This document shows positions 1 to 8,962 of a stretch of DNA of 64,000 nucleotides, in pieces (the stretch's first letter is position 1; each line of letters opens with the position of its first letter). Source of the DNA: Actinomycetota bacterium (lineage in GTDB: Bacteria; Actinomycetota; Actinomycetes; Nanopelagicales; Nanopelagicaceae). The notes under the pieces were generated by a model, which did not search any database, was not told the origin of the DNA, and worked only from the letters and a program-made list of their open reading frames with translations. The stretch spans positions 5,567 to 69,566 of the forward strand of contig RGHD01000002.1 of assembly GCA_010024385.1 (NCBI GenBank), written 5' to 3'. Both the position numbers and the translations under genes were made by a program.

Positions 1-1
1 A

Positions 2-742
2 CCAAGTGAAGGATTAGCTCAGGCATATTCTGCCATCGGCTATAACTTAAATCAATTAAAGCGTATGGATGAAGCTGCAACTGCAATGAGCAAAGCAGTC
101 GAAATTTTGCGCGAGAACAAATCTCCGATTGCGCTAGAACTTGCTTGCACACTAGGTGAGTGGTGGTACACCTCAAAGCAGTATGACAAAGTTGTTGAAA
201 CTATGAATGAGTGTGCCCAAGAGCATTTAGTAGATGGAAATGAAATTGGTGCAGCAAATGATCTACACCTCATAGGGTGTGCTGAGCGTGAACTAAAAAA
301 CTATGAAAGATCTATTGACGCATTTAAAGAGGCCCGCGCACTATTTAAGCGAAATAAAGAAGTCATTCATGTTGCTCGCTGTGACCAAAAAATTGCATCA
401 TGCTTAATTGAATTGGGTGAGGGCGAATTAGCCCTTGAAACTGCCCGCAAAGCAGTTGATGTCTTTGAAACTGGGCATGATCATCGTCGTGAAACTTTTG
501 CTCAATTTGAATACGGTAAAGCTCAGATTCTGCTCGAGAAATTCGATGACGCATTAGCCACCTTGGAGCAGGTGCTCTCTGTGGTGAGTGAAGATGAGCC
601 TAAAGACTTCGAATTTATAGTTGATGTTGAGACCAGAATTGCGAAGATTATTCGCATGCAGGGCCGAATTGATGAGGCCGATGAGATAGAACGTCGACTG
701 AAGTCAGTGCAGGAGACGCTAGATGAAGAGCCGCGGGCTTGA
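2..742 (+). CDS. TPR-like helical-repeat protein, 5'-truncated by the window edge
   Basis: The frame of ORF 65..742 stays open back to nt 2 (PSEGLAQAYSAIGYNLNQLKR-MDEA...), so the true start lies upstream of the window. The sequence is helical-repeat with TPR-like periodicity. Its stop overlaps the TTG of the next gene. Confidence 0.55.
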   Translation, partial: PSEGLAQAYSAIGYNLNQLKRMDEAATAMSKAVEILRENKSPIALELACTLGEWWYTSKQYDKVVETMNECAQEHLVDGNEIGAANDLHLIGCAERELKNYERSIDAFKEARALFKRNKEVIHVARCDQKIASCLIELGEGELALETARKAVDVFETGHDHRRETFAQFEYGKAQILLEKFDDALATLEQVLSVVSEDEPKDFEFIVDVETRIAKIIRMQGRIDEADEIERRLKSVQETLDEEPRA

Positions 743-1260
743 TTGAGCATCTAAAAACTCTGCCTGAAATCCGTATAACAATGGTTTGTATGGGAAATAT
801 CTGTCGCTCACCTATGGCTGCAGCTGTTCTATCAAATCGCACCGCACAGTGGAGCTCACCCAAGATCATTGTTGATAGTTCTGGAACAAGTGCTTGGCAT
901 ATTGGTCAAGGTGCACACCCAACGTCACAAAAAACCTGGGAAAAAGCAGGCTACAAATACTCCCACTCTGCGCGCCAATTTAAGTCAAGTGATTTCTTTG
1001 AATCAGATTTAATTTTAGTGATGGATTCAAATAACTATAAGAAGGTAATTGAACTTGCACCGGATAATGATTCCCGGAGAAAAGTTTTCTACCTACGCAG
1101 CTTTGATCCAGCTCTTTCGGTAATTGACCCTGCGTCAGAACAATTCAATAAATTAGAGGTTCCAGATCCGTATGACCTATCCAGCGAAGTCTATGAAGAG
1201 ACCCTGGTTATGATTGAGCGCGCCGTAGATGGATTGTTGCAAGAACTATCGCACCAGTAA
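739..1260 (+). CDS. ptpA: Low-molecular-weight protein-tyrosine phosphatase
   Basis: It has the CX5R(S/T) P-loop 'CMGNICRSPMA' near the N-terminus and the 'VPDPYD' general-acid Asp motif. The TTG at 739 overlaps the upstream stop. ATG 781 (MVCMGNICRSP) is an equally plausible start. Confidence 0.85.
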   Translation: MIEHLKTLPEIRITMVCMGNICRSPMAAAVLSNRTAQWSSPKIIVDSSGTSAWHIGQGAHPTSQKTWEKAGYKYSHSARQFKSSDFFESDLILVMDSNNYKKVIELAPDNDSRRKVFYLRSFDPALSVIDPASEQFNKLEVPDPYDLSSEVYEETLVMIERAVDGLLQELSHQ

Positions 1261-2374
1261 GTGCGCCAATAGCAGCGATAACAAGAGGCCACTGAATATC
1301 ACCTTTACTCCACAGTGCACCACCCCAAATTCCAGCACCGAGAATGGCAAAGTTCATTGATGCTTGATAAACACCTTGAGCACGGCCACGATGATTTGCT
1401 TCACTTAACCCTGCAATCCAAGCTTTACCAACTCCATCAGTAAGTGCTGGAAACAATCCGTAGAGTGCTAAAGCTATGAGTGCAACTGTGTGGTTTTGTG
1501 TTAACCCTAAGGTTGCATAAGCCGCAGCAAAGGCAACTAGACCAACAGAATAGACAACTCTTGGTGAGTATTTATCGGCAATAGCACCACCTGGATAAGC
1601 TGCCAAGACAGTTACTGCACTAAATAGCATGTATGAAAGAACTACGCTCTGAGTTGAGAATCCAATGTCGTAAAGGCGCAGTAATAAAAGCGCATCTGGA
1701 ATATTTGTTAGTTGAATGAGCACCAAAATTGTGATCGACTTCTTAAGAGGTGCTGGTAAAGGCGGATGTTTCACCTTGACTTTAACTTCAACTTTTTTTG
1801 GCTTTACAAAGTTTTCTCTTATAAACAAGGTGAGTAATCCAGAAATTATTGCTGGAATCAATGCCCACATCGCAACTGCTCGCACATCTCCATCGAGCAT
1901 TGCTAAACCGATTAGCGCAATGCCAGGTCCGATCACCGCGCCGATATTGTCGCCTGTGCGGTGGAATCCAAAAGCTTTGCCAAGATGGGCTTTATCTACA
2001 GAATCAGCGATTAAGGCATCACGTGGTGCACTGCGCATGCCTTTGCCAATTCGATCTGTAACGCGACCAAGGAAAACAAGGGGCCAAGATGTTGCAACCA
2101 CTACAAATGCTTTTCCGACACCAGCCAGCGTATATCCAGATATGACGAAAGGTTTGCGCCCCAAGCGATCACTAGATTTTCCACTAATCAACTTGGTAAA
2201 TCCCGCCGCGGCCTCAGCACATCCTTCAATGAGACCTAGAGCCAATGGCGCAGCACCAATTACACCCGTAAGCAATATTGGGAGTAATGGGTAAAGAAGT
2301 TCACTCGCTGCATCTTGAGCGAGTGAAACAATTGTAAGCAGAATTAAATTGCGTGTTAGCCAGATTCTTTTCAT
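1208..2374 (-). CDS. MFS transporter
   Basis: This 388-aa ORF has about 12 hydrophobic segments and the MFS motif A 'GKSSDRLGRKP' between TM2 and TM3. Its start overlaps the stop of the upstream TrmH-like gene by 4 nt. Confidence 0.8.
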   Translation of the reverse strand: MKRIWLTRNLILLTIVSLAQDAASELLYPLLPILLTGVIGAAPLALGLIEGCAEAAAGFTKLISGKSSDRLGRKPFVISGYTLAGVGKAFVVVATSWPLVFLGRVTDRIGKGMRSAPRDALIADSVDKAHLGKAFGFHRTGDNIGAVIGPGIALIGLAMLDGDVRAVAMWALIPAIISGLLTLFIRENFVKPKKVEVKVKVKHPPLPAPLKKSITILVLIQLTNIPDALLLLRLYDIGFSTQSVVLSYMLFSAVTVLAAYPGGAIADKYSPRVVYSVGLVAFAAAYATLGLTQNHTVALIALALYGLFPALTDGVGKAWIAGLSEANHRGRAQGVYQASMNFAILGAGIWGGALWSKGDIQWPLVIAAIGALTGAIVLATIHLRRAQS

Positions 2375-3018
2375 CGCGGCAAGTGCTGCAACGCCCAGTG
2401 ATACATAGCAATTGCTCCCGCAGCTGATGCGTTCATTGATCTTGTAGAACCATATTGATTAATTTCATAAAGCACTTCACAGACGGAAATTCCTTCATCT
2501 GACATTCCTGCGCCTTCTTGTCCAAACAAAAAGACACACTTTTCAGGTAGCTGTGCGGATTCAAGTTTTTTAGACCCAGGAACGTTATCAATTCCAATAA
2601 TTGGTAAGTCATTTTCTTTACACCACAGTGCAAAATCTTCAACGGTTGGATGGTGGTGCACAGTTAAATACCGATCCGTCACCATTGCACCGCGCTTGTT
2701 CCAGTCACGCTTACCAACGATATGAACTCCGGAGACGTTAAATGCGTTTGCAGTACGAACAATTGATCCAATATTTAAATCATGTTGCCAGTTTTCAATA
2801 GCGATCTGCAGTTTGTGACGCTTTGAATCAAGATCAGCAACTATTGCTTCAACGGTCCAATATCGGTAGTGATCTAAAACATTTCTGCGATCACCATTGA
2901 GTAGTAACTCAGGATCATATTGAGCGCCTTCTGGCCACGGTTTTTCGTGAGGTCCAACACCAACTACTGGGAAGAATTCACCCGGGCCAATTGAGGCCGG
3001 GGTAGTTGGATTAGACAT
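2371..3018 (-). CDS. SpoU/TrmH-family RNA 2'-O-methyltransferase
   Basis: It carries SpoU motifs: 'NIGSIVRTANAF', 'FLFGQEGAGMS' and 'INQYGSTRSMNASAAGAIAMY'. Confidence 0.8.
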   Translation of the reverse strand: MSNPTTPASIGPGEFFPVVGVGPHEKPWPEGAQYDPELLLNGDRRNVLDHYRYWTVEAIVADLDSKRHKLQIAIENWQHDLNIGSIVRTANAFNVSGVHIVGKRDWNKRGAMVTDRYLTVHHHPTVEDFALWCKENDLPIIGIDNVPGSKKLESAQLPEKCVFLFGQEGAGMSDEGISVCEVLYEINQYGSTRSMNASAAGAIAMYHWALQHLPR

Positions 3019-3040
3019 GTAGTCACTCTAAACTGAATGC

Positions 3041-3391
3041 ATGTCAGCTATCAATACGGTCCTTTATGTGGTCCACCTTCTATGCGTAGTTGCAATTCTC
3101 GTTTTATTGCTACTCCAGTGGAATAAGAATCCACGCAAATTCAACCCAGGAATTTTGCATGCCAGCCTTACTGCCCTTATTACTGGCCTTGCAATGGTGG
3201 GTATGTGGGGTGTTGTTCATCCTGATGAAGCTCTTAACCACACAAAAGTGGGGATTAAATTATTAATTCTTCTTGTAATACTTGTGATTGGCTATATGAA
3301 TCTTAAGAAGCCTGTTTTGACTAAAAACACATTGATTCTTTTAGTTGGATTAACGACCACAAATATCCTTATAGCTTCAGTGTGGCGCTGA
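3041..3391 (+). CDS. Small integral membrane protein (3-4 TM), function unknown
   Basis: This 116-aa ORF has four hydrophobic stretches. It is divergent from the TrmH-like gene with only a 22-nt spacer. I recognise no motif. Confidence 0.5.
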   Translation: MSAINTVLYVVHLLCVVAILVLLLLQWNKNPRKFNPGILHASLTALITGLAMVGMWGVVHPDEALNHTKVGIKLLILLVILVIGYMNLKKPVLTKNTLILLVGLTTTNILIASVWR

Positions 3392-3398
3392 CGAATAG

Positions 3399-4574
3399 AT
3401 GCGCTCTCGTAAATTTATATTTGTACTTGCGCTAGCTACGGTTCTTACCGCAGCACCTGCAAGTGCAGTTCTGTCGCCGGCCTCAATTCCAGCCGCCTTT
3501 GAGGAACTCTTACAACAGCCAGCCCTTTCTAACCCAGCAATGATTTTAATTGATGGAACAAATGGTGAAATCGTTTATGAAAAGAACGCTTATTCACAGC
3601 GTAAACCTGCATCAGTGATGAAGATCTTTGCTGGAGCTGTTGCAATCAAATATTTAGATATGCAATCACGCTTTGCCACCAATATCTTCTTTGGTATTGA
3701 GGAAAAAACTTTAGTAATACAGGGGAGTTATGATCCTTGGATAAGTTTAAGTCATAGTGTTGCTAAGAAGATGGATCGGGCATCGCTACCCTATTTAGCT
3801 TTCAACACTCTAAGTGCCGTTAAAAAGAGCAATAGAGGTTCACTCAAGGGAATCACCATTTTGTATTCAAAGTTGTATTCACAAGATGTTTCAAATCTCA
3901 AAGCTTTTTGGGCTAAGCGTGGATTTAAACCTGTGATGAAGGCCGTGAGCAGTGATGAGACATTGCTCAATTCCGGTGAGTTCATAGTTGGTGATGAGTC
4001 GCCAGAGATTTTCAAGATACTGGACTACACAATTATGTGGAGTGAAAATAACCTTTCTGAGAGATTAGCTCGATTATCTGCACGGGCTGCCGGTAATTCA
4101 TTTAGCGACCAAGGAGTTGCCCAAGTTTTTGAGGCATTGCTTGTTGAGTATGGAATTGATCCCAGCAAACTAGTCGCTAAAGATGCCAGCGGGTTGTCTA
4201 AAGAAAACCGCATAACTGCCAGCATGATGGGTCAACTTCTCTATCAACTTCGAAAAGATCCGAAATATTCACTTCTTTATGATTCCTTGCCTGTTGGTGG
4301 AGTCTCAGGAACTTTGCGATCACGATTTCTCACCACAGCACCAGGTGCTGTCGGATTAGTTCGAGCAAAGACAGGAACTCTTAATGGAACTGTGACTTTG
4401 GCCGGTTATGTTGAATCAACTGATCGAGAGTATGTCTTTGTTACTTTGGCCGATGATATTTCAAGAGGTGCAAAATCAAGTGCTAAAGCCCGAGCAGCCA
4501 TCGATAGATTGCTAGGAAGAATCGCTGCACCGAATATTCCAGCAGTGATTTCTGAAGCGCCAACTACCCCTTAA
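3399..4574 (+). CDS. dacB: D-alanyl-D-alanine carboxypeptidase/endopeptidase (PBP4/S13 family)
   Basis: It has a signal peptide (..AAPASA|V), the SxxK motif 'SVMKIF', the SxN motif 'SENN' and the KTG motif 'KTGTLNG'. Its position near tilS matches the mycobacterial Rv3627c-type gene (from memory). Confidence 0.8.
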   Translation: MRSRKFIFVLALATVLTAAPASAVLSPASIPAAFEELLQQPALSNPAMILIDGTNGEIVYEKNAYSQRKPASVMKIFAGAVAIKYLDMQSRFATNIFFGIEEKTLVIQGSYDPWISLSHSVAKKMDRASLPYLAFNTLSAVKKSNRGSLKGITILYSKLYSQDVSNLKAFWAKRGFKPVMKAVSSDETLLNSGEFIVGDESPEIFKILDYTIMWSENNLSERLARLSARAAGNSFSDQGVAQVFEALLVEYGIDPSKLVAKDASGLSKENRITASMMGQLLYQLRKDPKYSLLYDSLPVGGVSGTLRSRFLTTAPGAVGLVRAKTGTLNGTVTLAGYVESTDREYVFVTLADDISRGAKSSAKARAAIDRLLGRIAAPNIPAVISEAPTTP

Positions 4575-5654
4575 TTATTTATTATCAAAAATCTTGACTG
4601 ATCCACCATAACAAGCAACCCATGTGCGTGAGGTTGGAGAGTCAAAAGTAATTCCAATTGGTTCATCGCACACTTTTATATTTTGCAATACTTTCATGTC
4701 ACTTGTTCGCACTTTTGACATTGTGTCACTTACAAAATTGACAACAAAGAGAGCGGTGCCATCGCTAGAAATAGCAAGGCTTCGTGCAGCTTTTCCTGTT
4801 TTGACTGATTTACCAGCTTTGTTACTCACAAGATCCCATGATGCAACTTTGCCGGATAAATTCATGGTCACATACATCATTGAATTATCAGGAGATAGGA
4901 CAATTGCTCGCGGGTTGTTTCCAATTGGAATATAAGTGATAGAGAAATCTTCTAAATTAATTACATGAATACGGTTGCCACCCATTTCGGCAACATAAGC
5001 AAACTTGGAATCATTGCTCACTGCAATGCCACGTGGATAACGACCAATTTTTATTGTTTTAATCGATTTTTGTGTCTCCACAGATATGACTGTGAGGTCG
5101 TAAGAACACCAATTTGAAACGAGCACAAACTTGTTATTAGGTGTTGTTTCAACAACCTTTGGGACTGATCCAACTGGGTAGACATTATCAATTTCATAAT
5201 TAGCTAGATTGATTCGATAGAGAAAGCTTGAATCATATTTAGATGCTGGTGAGCAGGTGTCATGGCCTTCACGGTTAAACCCTTTGCCATACATGGCGTA
5301 ATTAGTTACATAGAGGTATTTACCATCTGCTGAAAATGCGCCCTCCACGGGTGCTCCTCTATAAGTGGATGTGTATTTTGAATATCCAAATTTTGAGAGC
5401 TGGACAGAGTCTGAAACTGTTTTAACGAGTTCAAAAGTATTTGCGTCATATATCGTGACACTGTGTCTATACATCATGTTATGTGCACTCACTAAGCCAC
5501 TACCGGAAGAGCGCACTGACTTTGGTGAGATGTCTCCAGTAATAGTCTTAACAAGAGACATCTTTGTATCAGCAGAAACAACTTCACTCTGCGCCGGTGT
5601 TGCTATGACACAGAGTGATGCTATTAACAAAACCGCTAGATAGTTACGGCGCAT
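4575..5654 (-). CDS. Secreted YVTN/YncE-type beta-propeller repeat protein
   Basis: It has a signal peptide (..ATPAQS|E). At least five repeats follow the pattern P-x-G-I-A/V-x-S-x-D-x-K-(F/L)-x-Y-V-x-N: 'GKYLYVTN', 'NKFVLVSN', 'SKFAYVAE', 'SMMYVTMN', 'TALFVVNF'. Its stop abuts the dacB stop with 0 nt between them. Confidence 0.7.
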   Translation of the reverse strand: MRRNYLAVLLIASLCVIATPAQSEVVSADTKMSLVKTITGDISPKSVRSSGSGLVSAHNMMYRHSVTIYDANTFELVKTVSDSVQLSKFGYSKYTSTYRGAPVEGAFSADGKYLYVTNYAMYGKGFNREGHDTCSPASKYDSSFLYRINLANYEIDNVYPVGSVPKVVETTPNNKFVLVSNWCSYDLTVISVETQKSIKTIKIGRYPRGIAVSNDSKFAYVAEMGGNRIHVINLEDFSITYIPIGNNPRAIVLSPDNSMMYVTMNLSGKVASWDLVSNKAGKSVKTGKAARSLAISSDGTALFVVNFVSDTMSKVRTSDMKVLQNIKVCDEPIGITFDSPTSRTWVACYGGSVKIFDNK

Positions 5655-5677
5655 GCCCTAACTGTAATGGCTGCGAC

Positions 5678-5866
5678 TTAGTCGCCTTCGCCCTCGTTAT
5701 CATCCTCATCCTCATCATCCTCGCCCTCACCTATTGGCTTTTTTGATAGGGGATTTGCAACTCCAGCTGATGCAGGAACTTTGGGTGTGATAGGAGTAAC
5801 GATTGATGTAGTGCCGATAGGTGAATTATTAAGTGATGCAGGGGCCTATTCGGTTTGTGTAGACAT
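5678..5866 (-). pseudogene. Small ORF with Pro/Thr-rich body and poly-acidic tail, interrupted by an in-frame TAG at codon 7
   Basis: Manual translation of the minus strand gives ATG(5866) S T Q T E TAG(5848-5846) APASLNNSPIGTTSIVTPITPKVPASAGVANPLSKKPIGEGEDDEDEDDNEGEGD TAA(5680-5678). There is no ATG, GTG or TTG downstream of the TAG in this frame. Confidence 0.25.
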
Positions 5867-5955
5867 TTGAGTTGATTCCAAAACGGCAGGAGCAGTCCTT
5901 CTGCCCGAGAGCAAACTGGGAAGAATGCACCTGGATGCTGAGTTAATCTAAGGCA

Positions 5956-6825
5956 GTGAGCACAATTATGCGGGGCTACCTCGATCTGATGAAGCTTCGG
6001 GTGGTTGAACTGCTCCTCGTCTCCACTGTGCCCGCAATGGTCTTGGCAGCAAAAGGCCTCCCGTCACTTTCACTGGCTGCAGCCACAATTTTTGCAGGAA
6101 CATTAGCTGCAGGAAGTGCCAATGCCTTCAATATGGTTATTGAAAGTGATATCGATAAGTTAATGGCACGCACTGCAAAGCGACCAATTGTCATTGGAGT
6201 AATTAGCAAAACGAGTGCAACTGTTTTTGCGACAGTAATTGGAATTATTTCATTATTAATTTTTTGGATGTTTACAACTCCATTAGCTGCACTTCTTGCA
6301 CTTATGGCTATTACTTTTTATGTTTTTGTTTACACAATAGCCCTAAAACGACGAACTTCACAGAACATAGTTTGGGGTGGAGCGGCGGGATGCATGCCTG
6401 TCCTTATTGGTTGGGCTGCAGTGACTAATTCGCTTTCACTAACGGCACTTGCATTTTTCATGGTGATTTTCTTTTGGACACCACCGCACTTTTGGTCGCT
6501 AGCAATTAAATACAAAGATGATTACTCAGCTGCAGGTATTCCGATGCTTCCAGTTGTTGCAACTAAAGCTCGAGTGCACAAAGAAATGTGGTTCCACACA
6601 ATAATGATGATTGCTTGTTCTGTTTGGCTGAATATTTCTGCAGGACTTCCGATTTGGTCAATGGGTGTCACAGTACTACTAGGTCTTGTATTTGCCCGAG
6701 AACTTTTTACTCTAAAGGAAGGCTCCGAGAATTACTCAAAGACTGCTGCCAAGATTTTTCAGTGGTCAATAACCTATTTGAGCTTGTTATCTGTAGTGCT
6801 TGTTGCTGCTCAGTTAAGTGCTTGA
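5956..6825 (+). CDS. ctaB: Protoheme IX farnesyltransferase (heme O synthase)
   Basis: It has the UbiA-superfamily fold with the Asp-rich motif 'NMVIESDIDKLMARTAKRP' and about 8 TM segments. The start is GTG 5956 or ATG 5968. Confidence 0.9.
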   Translation: MSTIMRGYLDLMKLRVVELLLVSTVPAMVLAAKGLPSLSLAAATIFAGTLAAGSANAFNMVIESDIDKLMARTAKRPIVIGVISKTSATVFATVIGIISLLIFWMFTTPLAALLALMAITFYVFVYTIALKRRTSQNIVWGGAAGCMPVLIGWAAVTNSLSLTALAFFMVIFFWTPPHFWSLAIKYKDDYSAAGIPMLPVVATKARVHKEMWFHTIMMIACSVWLNISAGLPIWSMGVTVLLGLVFARELFTLKEGSENYSKTAAKIFQWSITYLSLLSVVLVAAQLSA

Positions 6826-8030
6826 GTTAAATCCTTTATCAAGTCAGTTGGATGTTCTAAGCCAACAGATAGTCGTAGTACTGATTCTGTAATTCCCATC
6901 TCTGCCTGAACTTCAGGACCCAAACGGCGGTGCGTAGTTGAGGCTGGGTGAGTTATTAGTGACTTGCTATCACCTAAGTTATTGGAGATATCAATGACTC
7001 TGAGCTTATTCATAAAGGCGAACACAGCCTCCTGAGTACCTGCAAATTCAATACCAATGGTTGTTCCGCCACCTGACATCTGCTTCTTAGCCAACTCATA
7101 TTCAGGATGGGATCTAAGTCCAGGAAAGCGAACAGATTTAATTTCCGTGCGGCTTTCAAGAAATTCAGCAACGGCTTGAGCATTCTCGCTCATGCGCTGA
7201 ACACGCATCTCCATAGTTTCTAAAGATTTCACTAAAACCCAAGCATTGAATGCACTTAGTGCAGGGCCGGTATGTCGAACAAAAGGGAGAACTTTCTCAA
7301 ATATATATTCACGTGAGCCAAGTAAAGCACCGGCTAACACACGGCCTTGACCATCAATATGTTTTGTTGCTGAATACATAACAACGTCGGCACCTAGTTG
7401 AAGTGGCTTTTGCAGAATGGGTGATGCCATGACGTTATCAACAATTACTGTTGCACCTACTTTATGTGCAAGATCGCTCACCATTCTAATATCTACGATT
7501 TCAAGTAGTGGATTACTTGGAGTTTCTATAAAGACGGCTTTAGTTGGTTTACTTAAAGCCTTTGCCCACACAGCAGGGTCATTTCCTTTTACAAGTTCAA
7601 AAGTTACGCCCCACTTTGGCAACATTTCTGTAATGACTACATGACAAGAAGAAAACATTGCAGCAGATGCAACAACATGGTCTCCTTGTTCAACAATGCA
7701 AGCAAGAGATGCAAACATTGCAGACATTCCAGAGCCGGTAGCAACGCAGTATTCAGCGCCTTCAATTGCCGCTAGGCGTTGTTCAAACATCGCAATTGTT
7801 GGGTTATGGAAGCGGCTATAAAGGAAATGATCAGTTTCTTCAGCAAAGGAAGAAAAAGCTTCTTCAGCTGAGGAATAAGTGAAACCACTATTTAGATACA
7901 GAGCTTCAGATGTTTCACCAAAACCCGAGCGTGCAAGACCTGTGCGCACAGAGTGAGTTTGTGGGTGGAGCTCCCACTGTGGCTCTTCGCGCTCATTGAG
8001 GGGTTGCAGACCCCATGGTCGTTTGCTCAT
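6810..8030 (-). CDS. metZ: O-succinylhomoserine sulfhydrylase / Cys-Met-metabolism PLP enzyme
   Basis: It contains the PLP-lysine motif 'YSATKHIDGQG' and has full-length similarity to the MetZ/MetB family pattern. Its 3' end overlaps the ctaB 3' end by 16 nt. Confidence 0.8.
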   Translation of the reverse strand: MSKRPWGLQPLNEREEPQWELHPQTHSVRTGLARSGFGETSEALYLNSGFTYSSAEEAFSSFAEETDHFLYSRFHNPTIAMFEQRLAAIEGAEYCVATGSGMSAMFASLACIVEQGDHVVASAAMFSSCHVVITEMLPKWGVTFELVKGNDPAVWAKALSKPTKAVFIETPSNPLLEIVDIRMVSDLAHKVGATVIVDNVMASPILQKPLQLGADVVMYSATKHIDGQGRVLAGALLGSREYIFEKVLPFVRHTGPALSAFNAWVLVKSLETMEMRVQRMSENAQAVAEFLESRTEIKSVRFPGLRSHPEYELAKKQMSGGGTTIGIEFAGTQEAVFAFMNKLRVIDISNNLGDSKSLITHPASTTHRRLGPEVQAEMGITESVLRLSVGLEHPTDLIKDLTQALN

Positions 8031-8050
8031 GGACTAATTGTGGCAGAGTT

Positions 8051-8962
8051 ATGCCCATGTCCAAGACGGCGATTTCGGTAAGTGATTTAAGCAAGAAATA
8101 TGGAGATCAAGTGGCGGTCTCACATGCCACATTCGAAGTTCCTCTCGGAACTATCTGCGGCTTTGTCGGGCCCAACGGGTCGGGTAAAACAACAACGATG
8201 CGGATGCTCTTAGGGCTGATTACTCCAACAGGTGGCACTGGTGAAATCCTGGGTGAATCAATTAAGCATCCAGAGAAGTATCTGCCCCGTGTTGGTGCGA
8301 TGATCGAAGGACCTGCTTTCTATCCGGCGTTAAGTGGAAAAGAAAATCTAAATGTTTTAGCCACCCTCGGCGGATTCTCAAAAGATCGTGTTCAGGGATT
8401 GTTAGAGCAAGTTGGTTTAGGCGATCGCGGAAAATCTAAATTCAAGACATATTCACTAGGAATGAAACAGCGTTTAGGTATTGCAGCAGCATTGTTGCCC
8501 AATCCAAAGTTGTTAATGCTAGATGAACCAACAAATGGTTTAGATCCTGAAGGAATTCAAGAAGTTCGCGCTTTACTTCGCTCTCTAGCTAATGATGGAA
8601 CATCAGTCTTTGTTTCATCTCACTTACTTTCAGAGCTTGAATTGATAAGTGATTACCTAGTCATGCTTCGCAAGGGTGAAGTTGTTTTCACTGGAAAAAT
8701 GAGTGATTTAATGCTGAGCCAACAGCCAGTGATTATCGCTAAAGGTGCACATGAGAATGACTTAACTTTGTTATTAGCAATTGCACAGCAGGCGGGTCAC
8801 AACGCAACTATCCGCGATGGAGCCGTTCATGTTCACGGCCCAGCAGATTGGGCTATTGAATTTAATCGCGCAGCCTTTAATGCTGGAATTACTCTGTCCC
8901 AGCTCACGCCACAGCTACCTAACTTGGAAGAAACATTCTTTGAAATGACAGGAGACAAATAA
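8051..8962 (+). CDS. ABC transporter ATP-binding protein (ABC-2/DrrA-like, with C-terminal extension)
   Basis: It has Walker A 'GPNGSGKTT', signature 'LSLGMKQRL'-type 'YSLGMKQRLG' and Walker B 'LLMLDEPT'. I prefer ATG 8051 over the track start 8015, which would overlap the divergent metZ start. Confidence 0.85.
   Translation: MPMSKTAISVSDLSKKYGDQVAVSHATFEVPLGTICGFVGPNGSGKTTTMRMLLGLITPTGGTGEILGESIKHPEKYLPRVGAMIEGPAFYPALSGKENLNVLATLGGFSKDRVQGLLEQVGLGDRGKSKFKTYSLGMKQRLGIAAALLPNPKLLMLDEPTNGLDPEGIQEVRALLRSLANDGTSVFVSSHLLSELELISDYLVMLRKGEVVFTGKMSDLMLSQQPVIIAKGAHENDLTLLLAIAQQAGHNATIRDGAVHVHGPADWAIEFNRAAFNAGITLSQLTPQLPNLEETFFEMTGDK

Noticed and set aside
1716-2294. A 192-aa plus-strand ORF lies antisense to the MFS transporter gene. 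Similar long antisense ORFs occur at 14385..14903, 25779..26255, 47840..48265 and 55985..56443.
   Set aside because: All of them lie entirely inside strongly supported genes on the opposite strand. Their translations are low-complexity, Ser/Pro/Arg/Ala-rich sequences typical of shadow frames, and they carry no recognisable motifs.
5699-5728. A microsatellite-like ATCCTC/ATC periodicity occurs here. I considered it as a possible simple repeat or contingency locus.
   Set aside because: It has only ~5 imperfect units. It is fully explained as the reverse complement of GAG/GAT codons in the acidic tail of the small minus-strand ORF.
8031-8050. I considered a possible SAM riboswitch or leader upstream of metZ.
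   Set aside because: Only ~20 nt separate the metZ start from the divergent ABC ATPase start, so there is no room for a riboswitch aptamer.
8015-8050. The ORF-track start of the ABC ATPase at 8015 gives an N-terminus of MVVCSWTNCGRV.
   Set aside because: That start would overlap the divergent metZ start codon region. ATG 8051 gives the canonical short N-terminus before the first beta strand and Walker A.
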